Source: Myxococcota bacterium (GTDB taxonomy: Bacteria > Myxococcota_A > UBA9042 > PHBI01 > JAWLBL01). From it: a DNA stretch of 64,000 nt. The stretch lies in assembly GCA_041687695.1 (NCBI GenBank), contig JAWLBL010000003.1, positions 296,109 through 360,108 on the forward strand, given 5' to 3'. The translations under genes and the position numbers were made by a program. Under the pieces are notes generated by a model that was given only the letters and a program-made list of their open reading frames with translations, made no database searches and was not told the origin of the DNA. The number at the start of each line of letters is the position of its first letter. The stretch's first letter is position 1. Shown piece after piece: positions 1-14,696 of this stretch.

Positions 1-839
1 TCGGGGCCCGGGCCGCCGCCGACCAGGACCACGTCGTCGGCGCTGGGCGGGTTGAGGCGGTACTTGTCGAACGAGAAGGCCATGAACCCGGTCAGCTCGT
101 AGGTCTTGCCGACCTCCATGCTGAGGAAGAAGTCGAACTGGTGCGCGACGACGAAGCCGCCCTGCGTGAGGTAGGTCCCGCCGCCGGCCGCCTCGACGAC
201 CTTGTCGGTCGTGTGCAGGAACATGCCCTCGTAGGCCTCGCTGGCCACGTGCTGGGGCGCCACCGTCAGCGGGGCCGGGACCTCGGCCGTGCCGGTCTTG
301 GTCCAGCCGTCGAGGTCGAGCTGCGTCTGGCAGTAGTACTCCTCGAGCTCGCCCTGCAGATCCATGACGTCGCCGGGCTGGAAGTCGGTCGCCTCGGAGC
401 GCGGCACGACCACGGCCAAGCCCGAGAACAGCCCGCCGTCGGGGTCGGCGACGTAGTAGCCGTCGAGCGCGGTGCCGGTGTCGCCCGAGGGCGTGTAGGC
501 GTCGAACTTCGGGCTGACGACGACCACGCCCGACAGGCTGACGCTGTCGAGCACGGTGACGAAGTTGCTCGCCGTGCAGTCGACCTTCTCGGCCTCGAGC
601 TGGGCGTACTTGACGGTGCCGACCGGCGCCTCGTAGCCGTCGGGCAGGGTCGGGGCGTCGCCCTCGTCCGTGTCCGTGAGCGTGCCGTCGGGGCCGCTGG
701 TCTGGTCCCCGCCAGCGTCGGTCACCGTGGTGTCCTTGATGGCGTCGAAGTCTTTGACCGGGGTGTTCGTGCCGCTATCGGTGCAGGCGACGAGGAGGGC
801 GCTCAGGGCGAGCGAGGAGGCGGCGCTTCGGAGGGTCAT
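1..839 (-). CDS. Lipoprotein with OB-fold-like domain(s) of the kind found in extracellular nucleases (YhcR-like); runs off the left edge
   Basis: Translated by hand, not in the ORF track: MTLRSAASSLALSALLVAC (lipobox), acidic linker, then DGYYVADPDGGLFSGLAVVV, PGDVMDLQGELEEYY..TQL and EAYEGMFL, which resemble OB-fold motifs; no stop before position 1. Confidence 0.7.
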   Translation of the reverse strand, partial: MTLRSAASSLALSALLVACTDSGTNTPVKDFDAIKDTTVTDAGGDQTSGPDGTLTDTDEGDAPTLPDGYEAPVGTVKYAQLEAEKVDCTASNFVTVLDSVSLSGVVVVSPKFDAYTPSGDTGTALDGYYVADPDGGLFSGLAVVVPRSEATDFQPGDVMDLQGELEEYYCQTQLDLDGWTKTGTAEVPAPLTVAPQHVASEAYEGMFLHTTDKVVEAAGGGTYLTQGGFVVAHQFDFFLSMEVGKTYELTGFMAFSFDKYRLNPPSADDVVLVGGGPGP

Positions 840-861
840 CGATGGCTCTTGGATCGGTGGG

Positions 862-3800
862 CTATTCGAAAGACGGTGTGAACGTGGCTCGCAGGCCGGT
901 CGCGTCGAAGTCGAGCACGTTGACCCGGTTACCGGAAGTGTCCAATTGCAGCAACTGCCTTTCGAAGTCCAACGTCCCGAGGGTCGCCGCGATCCCCGTG
1001 CCGACCAGCCGAACGTCCGCCGGCTGCTCGGGGCCTGTGGTTTCGAAGGTCCACCGCGTGTCGCGCTGGGAAGGCGCGATGGTGACCTCGCCGTCATCCG
1101 TGATCTCGCAGCCGGGGAAGATCTCGGCCTCGAAGCTGAAGTTCTCGAAGCGGTCGTCGCCCTCGCCCAGGGCGTCCACGGCGTCGACCGTCAGCGCGGT
1201 GGTCGGGACCGGGCAGGCCGTGTAGGGCGCGGTCAGCGTCGACTCGGTGATGCGGCCCTGGATGAGGGGCGAGGTGAACGCGAAGTTCGGGTCGCCGGGG
1301 GCGGCCGTGACGCAGGCCTCGGCGTCGGGATCCCAGCGGCGGCGGTGCAGGTAGCCCGAGCGCGAGCCGACCACCACCCAGGCGTCGGCGCCGCGCACCC
1401 CGTACAGCAGCCGGCGCGGCAGGTTGGCCGGCGTGAAGGCGTCGGTGGGGATGAGGTTGTCGGGGCGGCCCAGGGTCAGCCGCAGCGCCTCGAGCGCGTC
1501 GCGGCAGGCCTGCAGGCTGACGCCGCTGGCGCGGATGGCGTCCTCGTCCAGGACGGGCTCGTTCGGGACCAGCCGGGCCGTGGCCGGGTCGACGGTCAGT
1601 CGGTCGAGGCCCACCGCCGTGATGCGCACCTCGACCTGGTTGACGGCGGCCGGTCGGACCACGCAGGCCTCGCCGTCGGCGGTCGTGATCTGCACGTCGC
1701 GCCGCAGCTCGGGCGCCAGCGTCTCGGGGGCCGCGGTCAGCACCAGCCAGTCGTTCTCTTGGACGCCGTGGGTGCAGAAGCGCTGGTTGGGCGCGAAGAA
1801 CGTGGTGTCGTCCAGCATCCGGCCCAGGGCCGAGTCGGTCCCCGGCAGGACCCCCTCGTAGGTGAGGGTCCAGGTCTCGGTCAGGACGCGCTCGAGGTCG
1901 GCGCGGTCGACGGTGTCGTCCTCGCCGGTCGGCGGGAAGAAGCCGAAGCGGCGGAACAGGTCCGGCAGCTCGCCGGTGGCCGTGGACAGGCGCTCTTCGA
2001 GCAGCGGGCCGGGGAAGGCGAAGCCCTCGGGCGGCGAGCCGCCGCGCAGCGTGACGTTGCGGCCGCGGAGCGTCAGGCGGGGGCGGCTGAGGCCGATGCG
2101 GCGCGCGGCCGGGTCGGTCACCCGGTCGGCGAAGCGGTGGAACGGGACGCCGCGGAAGACCGCACGGATGAGCTGGATGGCGCCGTCGAGGCGGGTGCCG
2201 AAGACGAACCAGGTGAAGTCGTCGCCCGGGGGCTGCCAGCACAGGCCCTGGTCGGTGCGGCCGGGCTCGCAGCCGGTCGGCGTGAAGGAGCCGTCGCCGA
2301 GGCCGAGCGGCAGCGCGGCCTGGTTGGTGCCGGGCTGGTCGGCGATGATGCGGGTCCAGAGCTGGCCGCGGACGCGGCTGGAGACGAGCGAGAGCAGGTT
2401 GGGCCCCGGCAGCTGCAGGTCGGTCACGCCCTGGAAGGCGAGCTGCGGCAACGAGACGGCCTGCACGGCGGGCAGCGTGTCGACCGGCCCGGTCGGGGTG
2501 CCGTAGGGGACGAACGGGATGGCCGGGGCCGTGGCCTCGTGCAGCGGGACGTTGACGCGGGCGAAGCCTTCGCCGGCGCGCTCGAAGACGGCGATGCGGC
2601 GGCCGTTCTGGTCGAGCACGTAGACGAAGGTGCGGGCCTCGGCCAGCTCGGGGATGTCGGAGGTCGGCAGGGCCTCGGTCGCGACGACGGTCGGGATGAA
2701 GGGGCCGAAGGGACCGGGCTGCACCTCGAACAGGTCGCCGGCGCCGAAGCAGGCCGGGTCGTCGAGGTCGGTCAGGCCGTCGAGGTCGTTGTCGATGCCG
2801 TCGGCGCACTGGGGGACGGTCTCGCCGTCGGCGTCACCGGCGTCGCAGAGCGCGTCCTGGGAGTCGGTCCGCGCGTCGAGGTCGTTGTCGAGGCCGTCCT
2901 CGCACAGGTCGGCGCCACCGAAGAAGGCGGGGGGCTCGAGGGCGAGGTCGGCGTCCGCGCTGCGGCCGATGCCGCCCTCGTCGTCGTCGGCCGCGCCCCA
3001 GCAGCCGGGGTCGGCGCCGTCGGTGAGGCCGTCGCCGTCGTTGTCGAGCGTGTCGCTGCAGGCGGGCGCGATGCCGGCTTCGGCCAGCAGGGTGCCGTCG
3101 GGGGCCATGCGCGACAGGACCGGGCGGTCGACCCAGGTCACCAGCAGCTCGTCGCCGTCCGGGCCGGGCAGCGGGCGCAGGGCCTGGACGCGCGTCGGCG
3201 TGGGGATGCGCGTGAGCGGGGGCGCGGCGGGGTCGGCGGTCAGGTCGAAGGCCCACAGCTCGGGGCCGTTGGCCGAGGACACGTAGAGGGTGCCGGGGGC
3301 GTCGGTCGGGCCGAGGACGAGGGCGCCGGCGGGGAGGCCGGGCAGGTCGAAGCGGGTGGCCGACCAGTCGAAGAGACCCCGGTCGTTGTTGTCGAAGCCG
3401 TGGATGACGATGCGGGTGACCGCGCGCTCGCCGGCGGACACGACGTAGAAGGCGCTGGCGTCGGCGGCGCGCGCGATGGCGATCGGCGACTCGGCGACGG
3501 GGATGCCCGAGAAGCCCGGCACGAAGGCGCTGGCGTCGAGGACGCGGCGGGTGCCCGAGGCCGGGTTGAGCTGGATGACGACGACCTCGCTGGTGGCCTG
3601 GTTGACGACCAGGCCGAAGAGATCGCCCTGGGTGGTCGAGGTGCCCTGGGTCACCGGCGGGCAGCGGGTCGCGTCGTTGCGCGCCTCGGTGGTCTCGTCC
3701 AGCGGCGCGACGGGCAGGACCGTCTGACCCTCGCCCTCGCAGGCGTAGGCGAAGTCGACGGGGCGCGCGAAGGCCGAGGTGAGCGGAGGGATGGGCTCCT

Positions 3801-3873
3801 CGCAGCCGATCGCCAGCGCCGCGACGGCGGACGTGGTCAGGGCGAGGGCGAGGCGTCGCAACGGGCGCGTCAT
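862..3873 (-). CDS. Large (~1003 aa) lipoprotein with a beta-propeller-like region and three C-x-D-x-x-D-N-D-x-D putative Ca-binding repeats
   Basis: Likely start MTRPLRRLALALTTSAVAALAIGC (ATG 3873, overlapping the upstream TGA); repeats CSDTLDNDGDGLTD, CEDGLDNDLDARTD, CADGIDNDLDGLTD. Confidence 0.75.
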   Translation of the reverse strand: MTRPLRRLALALTTSAVAALAIGCEEPIPPLTSAFARPVDFAYACEGEGQTVLPVAPLDETTEARNDATRCPPVTQGTSTTQGDLFGLVVNQATSEVVVIQLNPASGTRRVLDASAFVPGFSGIPVAESPIAIARAADASAFYVVSAGERAVTRIVIHGFDNNDRGLFDWSATRFDLPGLPAGALVLGPTDAPGTLYVSSANGPELWAFDLTADPAAPPLTRIPTPTRVQALRPLPGPDGDELLVTWVDRPVLSRMAPDGTLLAEAGIAPACSDTLDNDGDGLTDGADPGCWGAADDDEGGIGRSADADLALEPPAFFGGADLCEDGLDNDLDARTDSQDALCDAGDADGETVPQCADGIDNDLDGLTDLDDPACFGAGDLFEVQPGPFGPFIPTVVATEALPTSDIPELAEARTFVYVLDQNGRRIAVFERAGEGFARVNVPLHEATAPAIPFVPYGTPTGPVDTLPAVQAVSLPQLAFQGVTDLQLPGPNLLSLVSSRVRGQLWTRIIADQPGTNQAALPLGLGDGSFTPTGCEPGRTDQGLCWQPPGDDFTWFVFGTRLDGAIQLIRAVFRGVPFHRFADRVTDPAARRIGLSRPRLTLRGRNVTLRGGSPPEGFAFPGPLLEERLSTATGELPDLFRRFGFFPPTGEDDTVDRADLERVLTETWTLTYEGVLPGTDSALGRMLDDTTFFAPNQRFCTHGVQENDWLVLTAAPETLAPELRRDVQITTADGEACVVRPAAVNQVEVRITAVGLDRLTVDPATARLVPNEPVLDEDAIRASGVSLQACRDALEALRLTLGRPDNLIPTDAFTPANLPRRLLYGVRGADAWVVVGSRSGYLHRRRWDPDAEACVTAAPGDPNFAFTSPLIQGRITESTLTAPYTACPVPTTALTVDAVDALGEGDDRFENFSFEAEIFPGCEITDDGEVTIAPSQRDTRWTFETTGPEQPADVRLVGTGIAATLGTLDFERQLLQLDTSGNRVNVLDFDATGLRATFTPSFE

Positions 3874-5158
3874 CGGATCTCCGCCACCTGCACGTGGAAG
3901 TAGGGCGAGTCGGGCTGCAGCTCGACGACGCCGACGGTCTGGCTGCGGAAGTTGGCGACGTACAGGCGGCGCAGCCCCAGCGCCTCGTTGTCCATCAGGG
4001 ACATCCCGAAAGGCCCGTCGCCGGTGCGGATGATGTCGACGACCTGGCCGAGCGCCGGGTCGATGACCTCGATGCGCTCGCTGTCGAAGCAGCTGACGTA
4101 GACCAGCTCGGGCAGCGGCCCGAACGGCGGCGCGACGACGAGGCCGCCGGGGCGCACGCAGGTCGGGACCTTGGTCAGGACGGTGGCCTGCGGCTGGCCC
4201 TGCGCGCTCTGGCCGATGCCGAGGATGGCGACGCTGTTGGGCGCGCGGTAGGCGACGTACAGGCGCTGTCCGTCGTGGGAGACGGCCAGCTCGCGGCCGT
4301 GGTCGGTGCCCACCGGGGCCGGGATGGAGACCTGCCCGACCAGGCTGAGGAAGGGGTTGAGCGGGTTGGGGGTGCTGCCCTCGGCGGGCGGCGTGACCTG
4401 CAGGATCTGCAGCAGGTTGGTGTTCTTGGTCGAGGCGAAGATGCGGCCCGTGACGGGGCTCTCCGCGAAGCCGTACAGGCCGTCGGCCAGGTCCAGGTTG
4501 CCGACCAGCGCTGGGGTGCCGTCGTCGGCCAGGGCGAAGGTCGCGGTGTTGCCGTCGATCATGGCGGCGGTGAGGAGGAGGTCCGGGTCTCCCGGGAAGC
4601 GCCCCTGGCGGACCAGCACGCCGAAGGGGTCGGGTCCGACCCTGAGGACCGCGTCCTCGCCCAGGCTGTCGGTGACCTCGACGCGGTCGAGGGCCTGGGC
4701 CTCGGGGCAGATCAGGATGCCGCTGCTGGCGCGCTCGCCGCCCGGGCAGCTGACGGTCGGCTCGGCGGGGGTGCCCTCGATGGCGACGTGGTAGAGCGCG
4801 TCGTCTTCGCGGCTGGCGACGTAGCCGTGGACGGCGCTGCGGTCGCCGCCGCCGCGGGTGAGCAGCCCGAAGGGGCCCGGGAAGCCGCCGACCTGGAAGG
4901 CGGCGCTCGGGATGAACTGGTGGGTCACGGCGTCGATGGCCAGGACGGCGCCGCCCTCGAAGCGCAGGTCGAAGTTGCCGCTGGTGACCCAGACGACGCG
5001 GCCGTCCGGGTCGGCGGTGACGCTGACCGGGTAGGACAGGCGGTCGACGGGGTGGGGCGGCTCGGGGGTCTCGGCGGCGCAGCCGGCGGACAGGGCGAGG
5101 CCCGCGGCGGCGACGAGGCCGACCCGGGCGCGGCGCGAGCGGAGGAGCGTTCGGAGCG

Positions 5159-5162
<4 letters not shown>
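3870..5162 (-). CDS. YncE/YVTN-like beta-propeller lipoprotein
   Basis: TTG start overlapping the ppdK stop (TTGA); lipobox LALSAGC; blade motifs VGPDPFGV, RLYVAYRAPNSVAIL, TGDGPFGM, RLYVANFRSQTVGVV. Confidence 0.75.
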
Positions 5163-7821
<2,659 letters not shown>

Positions 7822-7825
<4 letters not shown>

Positions 7826-9885
7826 GTCGAGACCTTGTCGAACGCGGCGAGCCGGTGGAACAGGGCCGCGACGCGCTGCAGCAGGGCGAGCCGGCGCTCG
7901 CGCTCGGCCGGCACGTCGCTCATCACGAGCACCTCGTCGAAGAAGCGCTCGATGGCCGGCTCGAGCGCCACGAGACGACCCACGGCCGCCTTGTATTCCC
8001 GCCGGTCCAGGGCCTCGGTCGCCGCGTCGCGCACCTGCGCGTAGGCCTCGAAGAGCTGCTGCTCGGCGGGCTCGCTCAGCGTCGCCGGGTCCAGCGCGTA
8101 CTCGGCCTCGCCGCTGGCGATCTTGACGATGCGCTTGATGGACACGGCCAGCGCGTCCCAGTCGCTGGTCTGCTTCATCGCGGCCAGCGCCTCGAGGCGA
8201 CCGCGCGCGTCGGCCGGGTCCTCGAAGCCGACGGACAGCGCCGCCTCGACCAGATCGGTCGGGTGGTCGGTCGCCAGGGCGGCCTTGAGGCGGCCGCGGA
8301 AGAACTCGAGCAGGCGCGCCTCGAGGTCGGGCCAGGCGACGTCGAGCTGCAGGCCCGCCGCCTGCACGTTGGCCCAGGCCAGGTCCAGGGCGCGGCGCAG
8401 CGGCACGGCGCCGCCGAGGTCCTCGAGGATGCGCAGCACGCCGAGCGCCTGGCGACGAAGGGCGTAGGGGTCGGCCGAGCCGCTGGGCTCGAGGCCCAGG
8501 GCGAAGCAGCCGACGACGCTGTCGAGGCGGTCGGCCAGCGCCACCGCGCGGCCGGCGGGGGTCTCGGGCAGCTGGTCGCCCGCGAAGCGCGGCAGGTAGT
8601 GCTCGAAGATGGCCTGGGCGACGGCCTCGGGCTCGCCCGACAGGCGGGCGTAGTCGCGGCCCATCTCGCCCTGCAGCTCGGGGAACTCGCCGACCATCTG
8701 GGTCGACAGGTCGGCCTTGGCCAGCAGGCCCGCGCGCCGGGCGGTGTCCGCGTCGCCGCCCAGCTCACCCGAGAGGGTCGCCGCCAGGCTGGCGATGCGC
8801 TGGGCCTTGTCGAGCATGGTGCCGAGGCCCTTCAAGAAGGTGCGCTCGGCCAGCTTGGGCACGAAGGCCTCGAGGGGCTTGCCGCGGTCCTCTTCGAAGA
8901 AGAAGCGCGCGTCGGCGAGGCGGGCGCGCAGGACGCGGCCGTTGCCGTGGACCACGACGGCGGGGTCGGTCGGCACCGTCCCGCAGACCACCACGAAGTT
9001 CGGCAGCAGCTGGCCGTCGGGGCCGGCCACCGCGAAGTACTTCTGGTGCACCTTCATCGAGGTCACGAGCACCTGCGAGGGGATGTCGAGGTAGTGCGGC
9101 TCGAAGCTGCCGAGCAGCGGGACGGGCCACTCGACGAGGTTGCTGACCTCGACGAGCAGCGTCTCGTCCATCAGCACGCGCCCGCCGGGGGAGGCGGCGA
9201 GGGCCTCGGCCTCGCGGCGGATGAGGGCGCGGCGGGCGTCGGAGTCGGGCTCCACGTAGGCCCGGCGCAGGCCCTCGAGCCAGCTGGCCGAATCGTGGAC
9301 CTCGAAGCGGGCCGGGGCAAGGAACCGGTGGCCGCGGGTGTGGTTGCCCGCCAGCAGGCCGGCGAAGGCGACCGGGACGATGTCGCCGCCGAACAGGGCC
9401 ACGATCCAGTGGACCGGGCGGATGAAGGTCTCGCGCCGGCTGCCCCAGCGCATCGCCTTGGGCCAGGTCAGGCCGGTGACCGCCTGCTCGAGGGCGTCCG
9501 CGAGCAGATCGCGCGCGCTCTGGCCCGGGATATCGACCGTGACCGCGAGGTACTCGCCCTTGGGGGTCGAGACGCGCTCCAAGCGGTCGACGGGGACGCC
9601 GTTGCGCTCGGCGAAGGCGAGGGCGGCCTTGGTCGGCGACCCGTCCGGGCCGAAGGCGACCTTGGCCGGCGGCCCCACGCGCTCCTCGCGGCGGTCCTCT
9701 TGCCGTTCGGCGACCTTCACCGCCAGCGCGAGCCGGCGCGGCGTCGCCCAGGTCGTCAGGCCCTCGTGGGCGAGCCCCAGCGCGTCCAGCTTGGCGGCCA
9801 GCGTCCGGCCCAGCTCGTGGCGGGCGCCCTCGACGAGGCGCGCCGGGATCTCCTCGCAGCCCAGCTCGAAGAAGAGCTCCTTCAT
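7822..9885 (-). CDS. glyS: Glycine--tRNA ligase beta subunit
   Basis: Start [54 protein letters not shown]. Confidence 0.97.
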
Positions 9886-10775
9886 GCCCCGCCCTCCACG
9901 ACCGCGCGGTCCTTGCACAGCGGGAAGCCCAGCTCGCGCCGCGAGGCGACGTAGGCCTCGGCGACGCCCTTGGCGAGCGCGCGCACCCGGAAGATGTACT
10001 TCTGCCGCTCGGCGACGCTGATGGCCCCGCGCGCGTCGAGCAGGTTGAAGGTGTGCGAGCACTTCATGCAGTAGTCGTAGGCCGGCAGGACCAGCCCCTT
10101 GTCGAGCAGGCGTTTGCACTCGCTCTCGTAGCGGCCGAACAGCTCCTGGTGGAACGGGACGTCGGCCTCCTCGAAGTTGAAGTGCGAGAACTCGACCTCG
10201 TCGCGGTGCTTGACCTCGCCGTAGGTCACGCCGGGCACCCAGACGAGATCGAAGATGCTCTCCTTGTTCTGGAGGTACATCGCGATGCGCTCGATGCCGT
10301 AGGTCAGCTCGGCGCTGACCACGTCCAGCTCGACCCCGCCCACCTGCTGGAAGTAGGTGAACTGCGTGATCTCCATGCCGTCGAGCCAGACCTCCCAGCC
10401 CAGCCCCCAGGCGCCCACCGTCGGCGACTCCCAGTTGTCCTCGACGAAGCGGATGTCGTGGTCGGCCGGGTTGATGCCCAGGCGCACCAGGCTCTGCAGG
10501 TACAGGTCCTGAATGTCCGGCGGGGACGGCTTCATGATGACCTGGAACTGGAAGTAGTGCTGGAGCCGGTTCGGGTTGTCGCCGTAGCGGCCGTCGGTCG
10601 GGCGGCGGCAGGGCTCGACGTAGGCCGTGTTCCACGGCTCGGGGCCGAGCGAGCGCAAGAAGGTCGCCGGGTTGAACGTGCCGGCGCCCTTCTCGGTGTC
10701 GTACGGCTGCAGGATGATGCAGCCCTGCTCGGCCCAGAAGCCCTGGAGGGTCAGGATGAGATCCTGGAAGGTCAT
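9882..10775 (-). CDS. glyQ: Glycine--tRNA ligase alpha subunit
   Basis: [58 protein letters not shown]. Confidence 0.98.
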   Translation of the reverse strand: MTFQDLILTLQGFWAEQGCIILQPYDTEKGAGTFNPATFLRSLGPEPWNTAYVEPCRRPTDGRYGDNPNRLQHYFQFQVIMKPSPPDIQDLYLQSLVRLGINPADHDIRFVEDNWESPTVGAWGLGWEVWLDGMEITQFTYFQQVGGVELDVVSAELTYGIERIAMYLQNKESIFDLVWVPGVTYGEVKHRDEVEFSHFNFEEADVPFHQELFGRYESECKRLLDKGLVLPAYDYCMKCSHTFNLLDARGAISVAERQKYIFRVRALAKGVAEAYVASRRELGFPLCKDRAVVEGGA

Positions 10776-10875
10776 GCTCACGCGGGGGCGTCCTTTGCGG
10801 GTGCTCTGCGGTTCCTCGGGGGCCGGGAGGCGAGGCGGGCGGCGGGGCGGCGGCAGGGGAGGAACGCGCCGGAGG

Positions 10876-10905
10876 TTGCTAACACCGCGTCGCAAACGGT
10901 GTCAA
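10876..10905 (-). promoter_or_regulatory. Putative sigma70 promoter for glyQS-ppdK
   Basis: Minus strand TTGACA-N18-TAGCAA with TG just upstream of the -10; ~100 bp upstream of glyQ. Confidence 0.55.
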
Positions 10906-10999
10906 CGAATGGAGAGGCAGGGCGGGCGCGCTGCGAGGGCGCGCCGCGGGCCCGTCCAGAGCGGGGACGCGGGGGGCGGGGCCGAGGGCGGAACGGGGG

Positions 11000-11617
11000 T
11001 CAGGCGCCCAGGGTGAAGAAGCCGGCCTGGATGAGCCAGAGGTAGCCGGCGACGCGCACGACGCGCAGCAGCGACACGGCGATGAAGACCGAAAAGCGCA
11101 TGTCCATGGCGCCGGCGGTCCAGCAGGCGATGGAGTAGGGCAGGGGCGTGAGGGCGGCGGCGGCGATGGCCCATGGCCCGTAGCGGCGCACGAGGCCGTG
11201 GATCTCGCTGCCCCGGCGGGCGAGGAGCTGCTGGAACCAGACGGTGCGCTGCAGCAGGCGGCCGATGAAGAAGCCGGTCGTGCCGCCGAGCAGGCTGCCC
11301 ACGGTGCCCCAGAAGACCACGGTCCAGTAGGGCATGCCGCCGATGAGCCCGAACATGCTGAAGGCGTCGTTGGGCAGCGGGACCGTGAAGGCGTCCGGGA
11401 TGAAAAAGCCCAGGGCCACGCCGGGGCCGCCCAGCACGGCGACGAACTGTCGGCCCAGGGCCTCGAGCGGCTCGCGGAACAGCCAGGCGAGCAGACCCAG
11501 GATGGTCATCAGGCCGAGGATGCCGAGCGCGGTCGTCCAGGCGAGCCGGCGCAGGTCGAGCGGGGCGGCCGCGGGGGCGCCGGACGGGGACTGGAGGTTG
11601 GCGGGCGGCAGCGTCAT
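11000..11617 (-). CDS. DedA/VTT (SNARE-associated) family membrane protein
   Basis: Hydrophobic; GSLLGGTTGFFIGR, RYGPWAIAAAALTPLPYSIACWTAG, FIAVSLLRVVR. Confidence 0.85.
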   Translation of the reverse strand: MTLPPANLQSPSGAPAAAPLDLRRLAWTTALGILGLMTILGLLAWLFREPLEALGRQFVAVLGGPGVALGFFIPDAFTVPLPNDAFSMFGLIGGMPYWTVVFWGTVGSLLGGTTGFFIGRLLQRTVWFQQLLARRGSEIHGLVRRYGPWAIAAAALTPLPYSIACWTAGAMDMRFSVFIAVSLLRVVRVAGYLWLIQAGFFTLGA

Positions 11618-11780
11618 GGGCGCGGGCGACTCCAGCAGGGGGCGCTTCGAAGGGTAGGACCAGGCGACGGCGGCGGCTACGACGCGGGCCGACCGGGTCC
11701 CGCCCGGCGCGGCAGCGTAGGCGGGACGCCCGCCTCGGGACAAGGTGATCCGGACCCGATCAGGCGCGGCGCGGGGCGCG

Positions 11781-12287
11781 TCATTGGCACAGCTGGATCT
11801 CGGCGATGGATCGGATCTGCTGCAGACACAGGGCCTGCTCGCGGGTGAGCTGCAGGCACTGGGACATGCAGCGCTCTCCGAAGTCGTCGCCGGTCAGCTC
11901 GTCGATCAGGGCCTGCTCCTCGGGCGTGGGCGCGCCGCCGTCGTCGTCGACGTGGCGCAGCGCGTCGAGGGCCTCGCGCTGGAAGGTGTCCTGCATCTGG
12001 CGGCAGGCGCCGCGGCACATGGGCTCGCTGGCCGGGCCGGCCGAGCAGCGGCCCGACAGGCACTGCAGGCCGGCCTCGCAGCCCTCGGCCGTGACGCAGG
12101 GGCGGCCGGGGCGCGAGCGGAGCGGACCGCACTGGGCGGCCTTGCAGACGAGGCCGCTCTGGCAGTCGCGGTCCTGCTTGCAGCGCTGACCTTCGGCGGC
12201 CGCGGGGGCCTGGGAGGCGCCGCAGGCGGTGACGCCGAGCGCGGTGAGGGCGAGGAGGGCGACGGCGGCGAGGGGGCGGACGTGCAT
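11781..12287 (-). CDS. Small Cys-rich lipoprotein, function unknown
   Basis: Lipobox VTAC; two CxxxxxCxxGLxCxxxxC repeats. Confidence 0.7.
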   Translation of the reverse strand: MHVRPLAAVALLALTALGVTACGASQAPAAAEGQRCKQDRDCQSGLVCKAAQCGPLRSRPGRPCVTAEGCEAGLQCLSGRCSAGPASEPMCRGACRQMQDTFQREALDALRHVDDDGGAPTPEEQALIDELTGDDFGERCMSQCLQLTREQALCLQQIRSIAEIQLCQ

Positions 12288-12345
12288 CTGCGCGTCAGCA
12301 AAGCGGTTTGCCGCCCTGGGTGCAAGCGCATTGGGGAGGCGGCGG

Positions 12346-12384
12346 AACGAAAGAGGGCCGGCGCACCCGTGGGTGGACCGGCCC
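12346..12384 (-). terminator. Putative intrinsic terminator after sod
   Basis: GGGCCGG...CCGGCCC stem with an inner CACCC/GGGTG pair, followed on the minus strand by TCTTTCGTT. Confidence 0.5.
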
Positions 12385-12444
12385 CGTCTCGCTGCGATGG
12401 GGTCAGCTCAGGCCTGACCCCTCGTCCGTCGTCGGCGCGAGCGG

Positions 12445-13044
<600 letters not shown>

Positions 13045-13177
13045 GGATCCTCTCCGTCGTCAGGTCGGTTCGGTTCGGTAGGTGTCCGATGAAGGCGGCG
13101 GGACTGTAGCAGCAGCCCCGGAGATGGCCAACAGGGCGGCGCGCAGGGGCGCCGCCCGCGTGGCGGTCGTCACCCGG

Positions 13178-14494
13178 TCAGGGGACGAGGTTGGGCAAAA
13201 ACCACAGGCAGGCCATCGCGACCAGCGTCGGGATGATGGCGCCGGCGAGCAGGCCGAGGGGGCTGATGCCCTCGCTGCCGAAGCTGCCGCGCAGGATGCC
13301 GTAGCCGGCCGGGTTCGGGGCGTTCGCGATGACGGTCAGGCCGCCGCCGGCCACGGCGCCGGCGACCAGCGAGTACTTGGAGTCGTCGCTGAGGCCCTCG
13401 ACGAGCGAGCCCAGGTAGGTGAGGGCGGCGTTGTCGGTGACGGCGGTGAGGCCGGTCGCGCCGATGAAGAGGGCCAGCGAGTCGAGCGAGGCGAGCAGGG
13501 GCTGCAGCCACCACTTCTGGAAGCCGCCGAGGACGACGAGGCCGCCGAGGAAGAAGCCGACCAGCAGGCCTTCCTTGAGCTTGAGCTGGTCCTGGTACTC
13601 GTTGGTCACGGTCGTGACGCCCAGGAAGAACAGGAAGATGCCCATGAAGACGACGATGTGGTGGGCCGTGAGGACCACGAAGCCCATGAAGGCCAGGTGG
13701 ATGACGATCAGCCACCACGGGGTGATGGCCTCCTTGCCCGGCTCGACGGGGGCGGCGAGGGGCTTTTCGTCGAAGGCGGTCAGCTCGCGGCGGAACAGCA
13801 GGGCGACGCCGATGGTGTTGATGAGCACGGCGAGGACGGACTTGTAGCCGAAGAACTCGAGCATGTGGGCGATGTCCCAGCCCCACTTGCCGGCGACCAT
13901 CAGCACCGGCGGCGCCGCGAAGTGGGTGAGGGTGCCGCCGATGGAGATGTTGACGAAGAGGACGCCGATGGTGGCGTACATGAACCTCGTCGACATGCCG
14001 CGGTCGTAGTAGCGCTTCTTGAGGATGAGCGCCGTGACCGTCATGGCGGCCGGCTCGGTGATGAAGCTGCCGAGCAGGGGGCCGATGACGAGGGCCACGA
14101 TGAAGAAGGACAGGCTGCGCGAGATGGGCAGCAGGTTGGCGACGGTGCCGATGAGGGTCGAGGCGAAGGAGATGACGGGGCGCGTGGCGGCCATCACCAT
14201 GATGGCGAAGACGAAGGCCGGCTCGGTGAAGTGGATGACGGCTTCGGGGTGGCGCCCTTCGAGGTAGGCGATGGCCTGGTCGCCGCCCTCGAGGAAGGTG
14301 AAGGCGATGAGGAAGATGCCGGCCCACAGGCCGAAGACGGCCTCGACCTCGCCGAGCAGGTGGAAGACGTTCTCGCCGATGGACCCCTCGGGGTACTTGT
14401 GGGCGAGGTGCTCGAAGCGCTTGACGCTGAAGGTGTGGAGGATGGCCAGTCCGAAGAGGACGGTGGCCAGGATTTCGACCGTGCTCGGCTGCAA
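13178..14494 (-). CDS. Putative Na+/H+ antiporter (DUF1504-type)
   Basis: TTG start; FHLLGEVEAVFGLWA, GSFITEPAAMT, NISIGGTLTHFAAPPVLMVA, GGGLTVIANAPNPAG. Confidence 0.85.
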   Translation of the reverse strand: MQPSTVEILATVLFGLAILHTFSVKRFEHLAHKYPEGSIGENVFHLLGEVEAVFGLWAGIFLIAFTFLEGGDQAIAYLEGRHPEAVIHFTEPAFVFAIMVMAATRPVISFASTLIGTVANLLPISRSLSFFIVALVIGPLLGSFITEPAAMTVTALILKKRYYDRGMSTRFMYATIGVLFVNISIGGTLTHFAAPPVLMVAGKWGWDIAHMLEFFGYKSVLAVLINTIGVALLFRRELTAFDEKPLAAPVEPGKEAITPWWLIVIHLAFMGFVVLTAHHIVVFMGIFLFFLGVTTVTNEYQDQLKLKEGLLVGFFLGGLVVLGGFQKWWLQPLLASLDSLALFIGATGLTAVTDNAALTYLGSLVEGLSDDSKYSLVAGAVAGGGLTVIANAPNPAGYGILRGSFGSEGISPLGLLAGAIIPTLVAMACLWFLPNLVP

Positions 14495-14696
14495 AGGAAT
14501 CCTCCGTAGCGGGGGAAGGTCCGGGAAACGGTGGGGCTTTTCACGTAGCGGCGCGGCGCATGCTGGCATGGCGGGGGCTGCATGGCAACGTGAACCGGGA
14601 CGGGGCCTTGAGGCGGGAAGCGGTCGGTGGTAGGCAGGCCGGCGGCGGCCCGGAGCGCATGGCGGCCATCCGGGAGGCGGAGGAGCGAGGCGCGAG

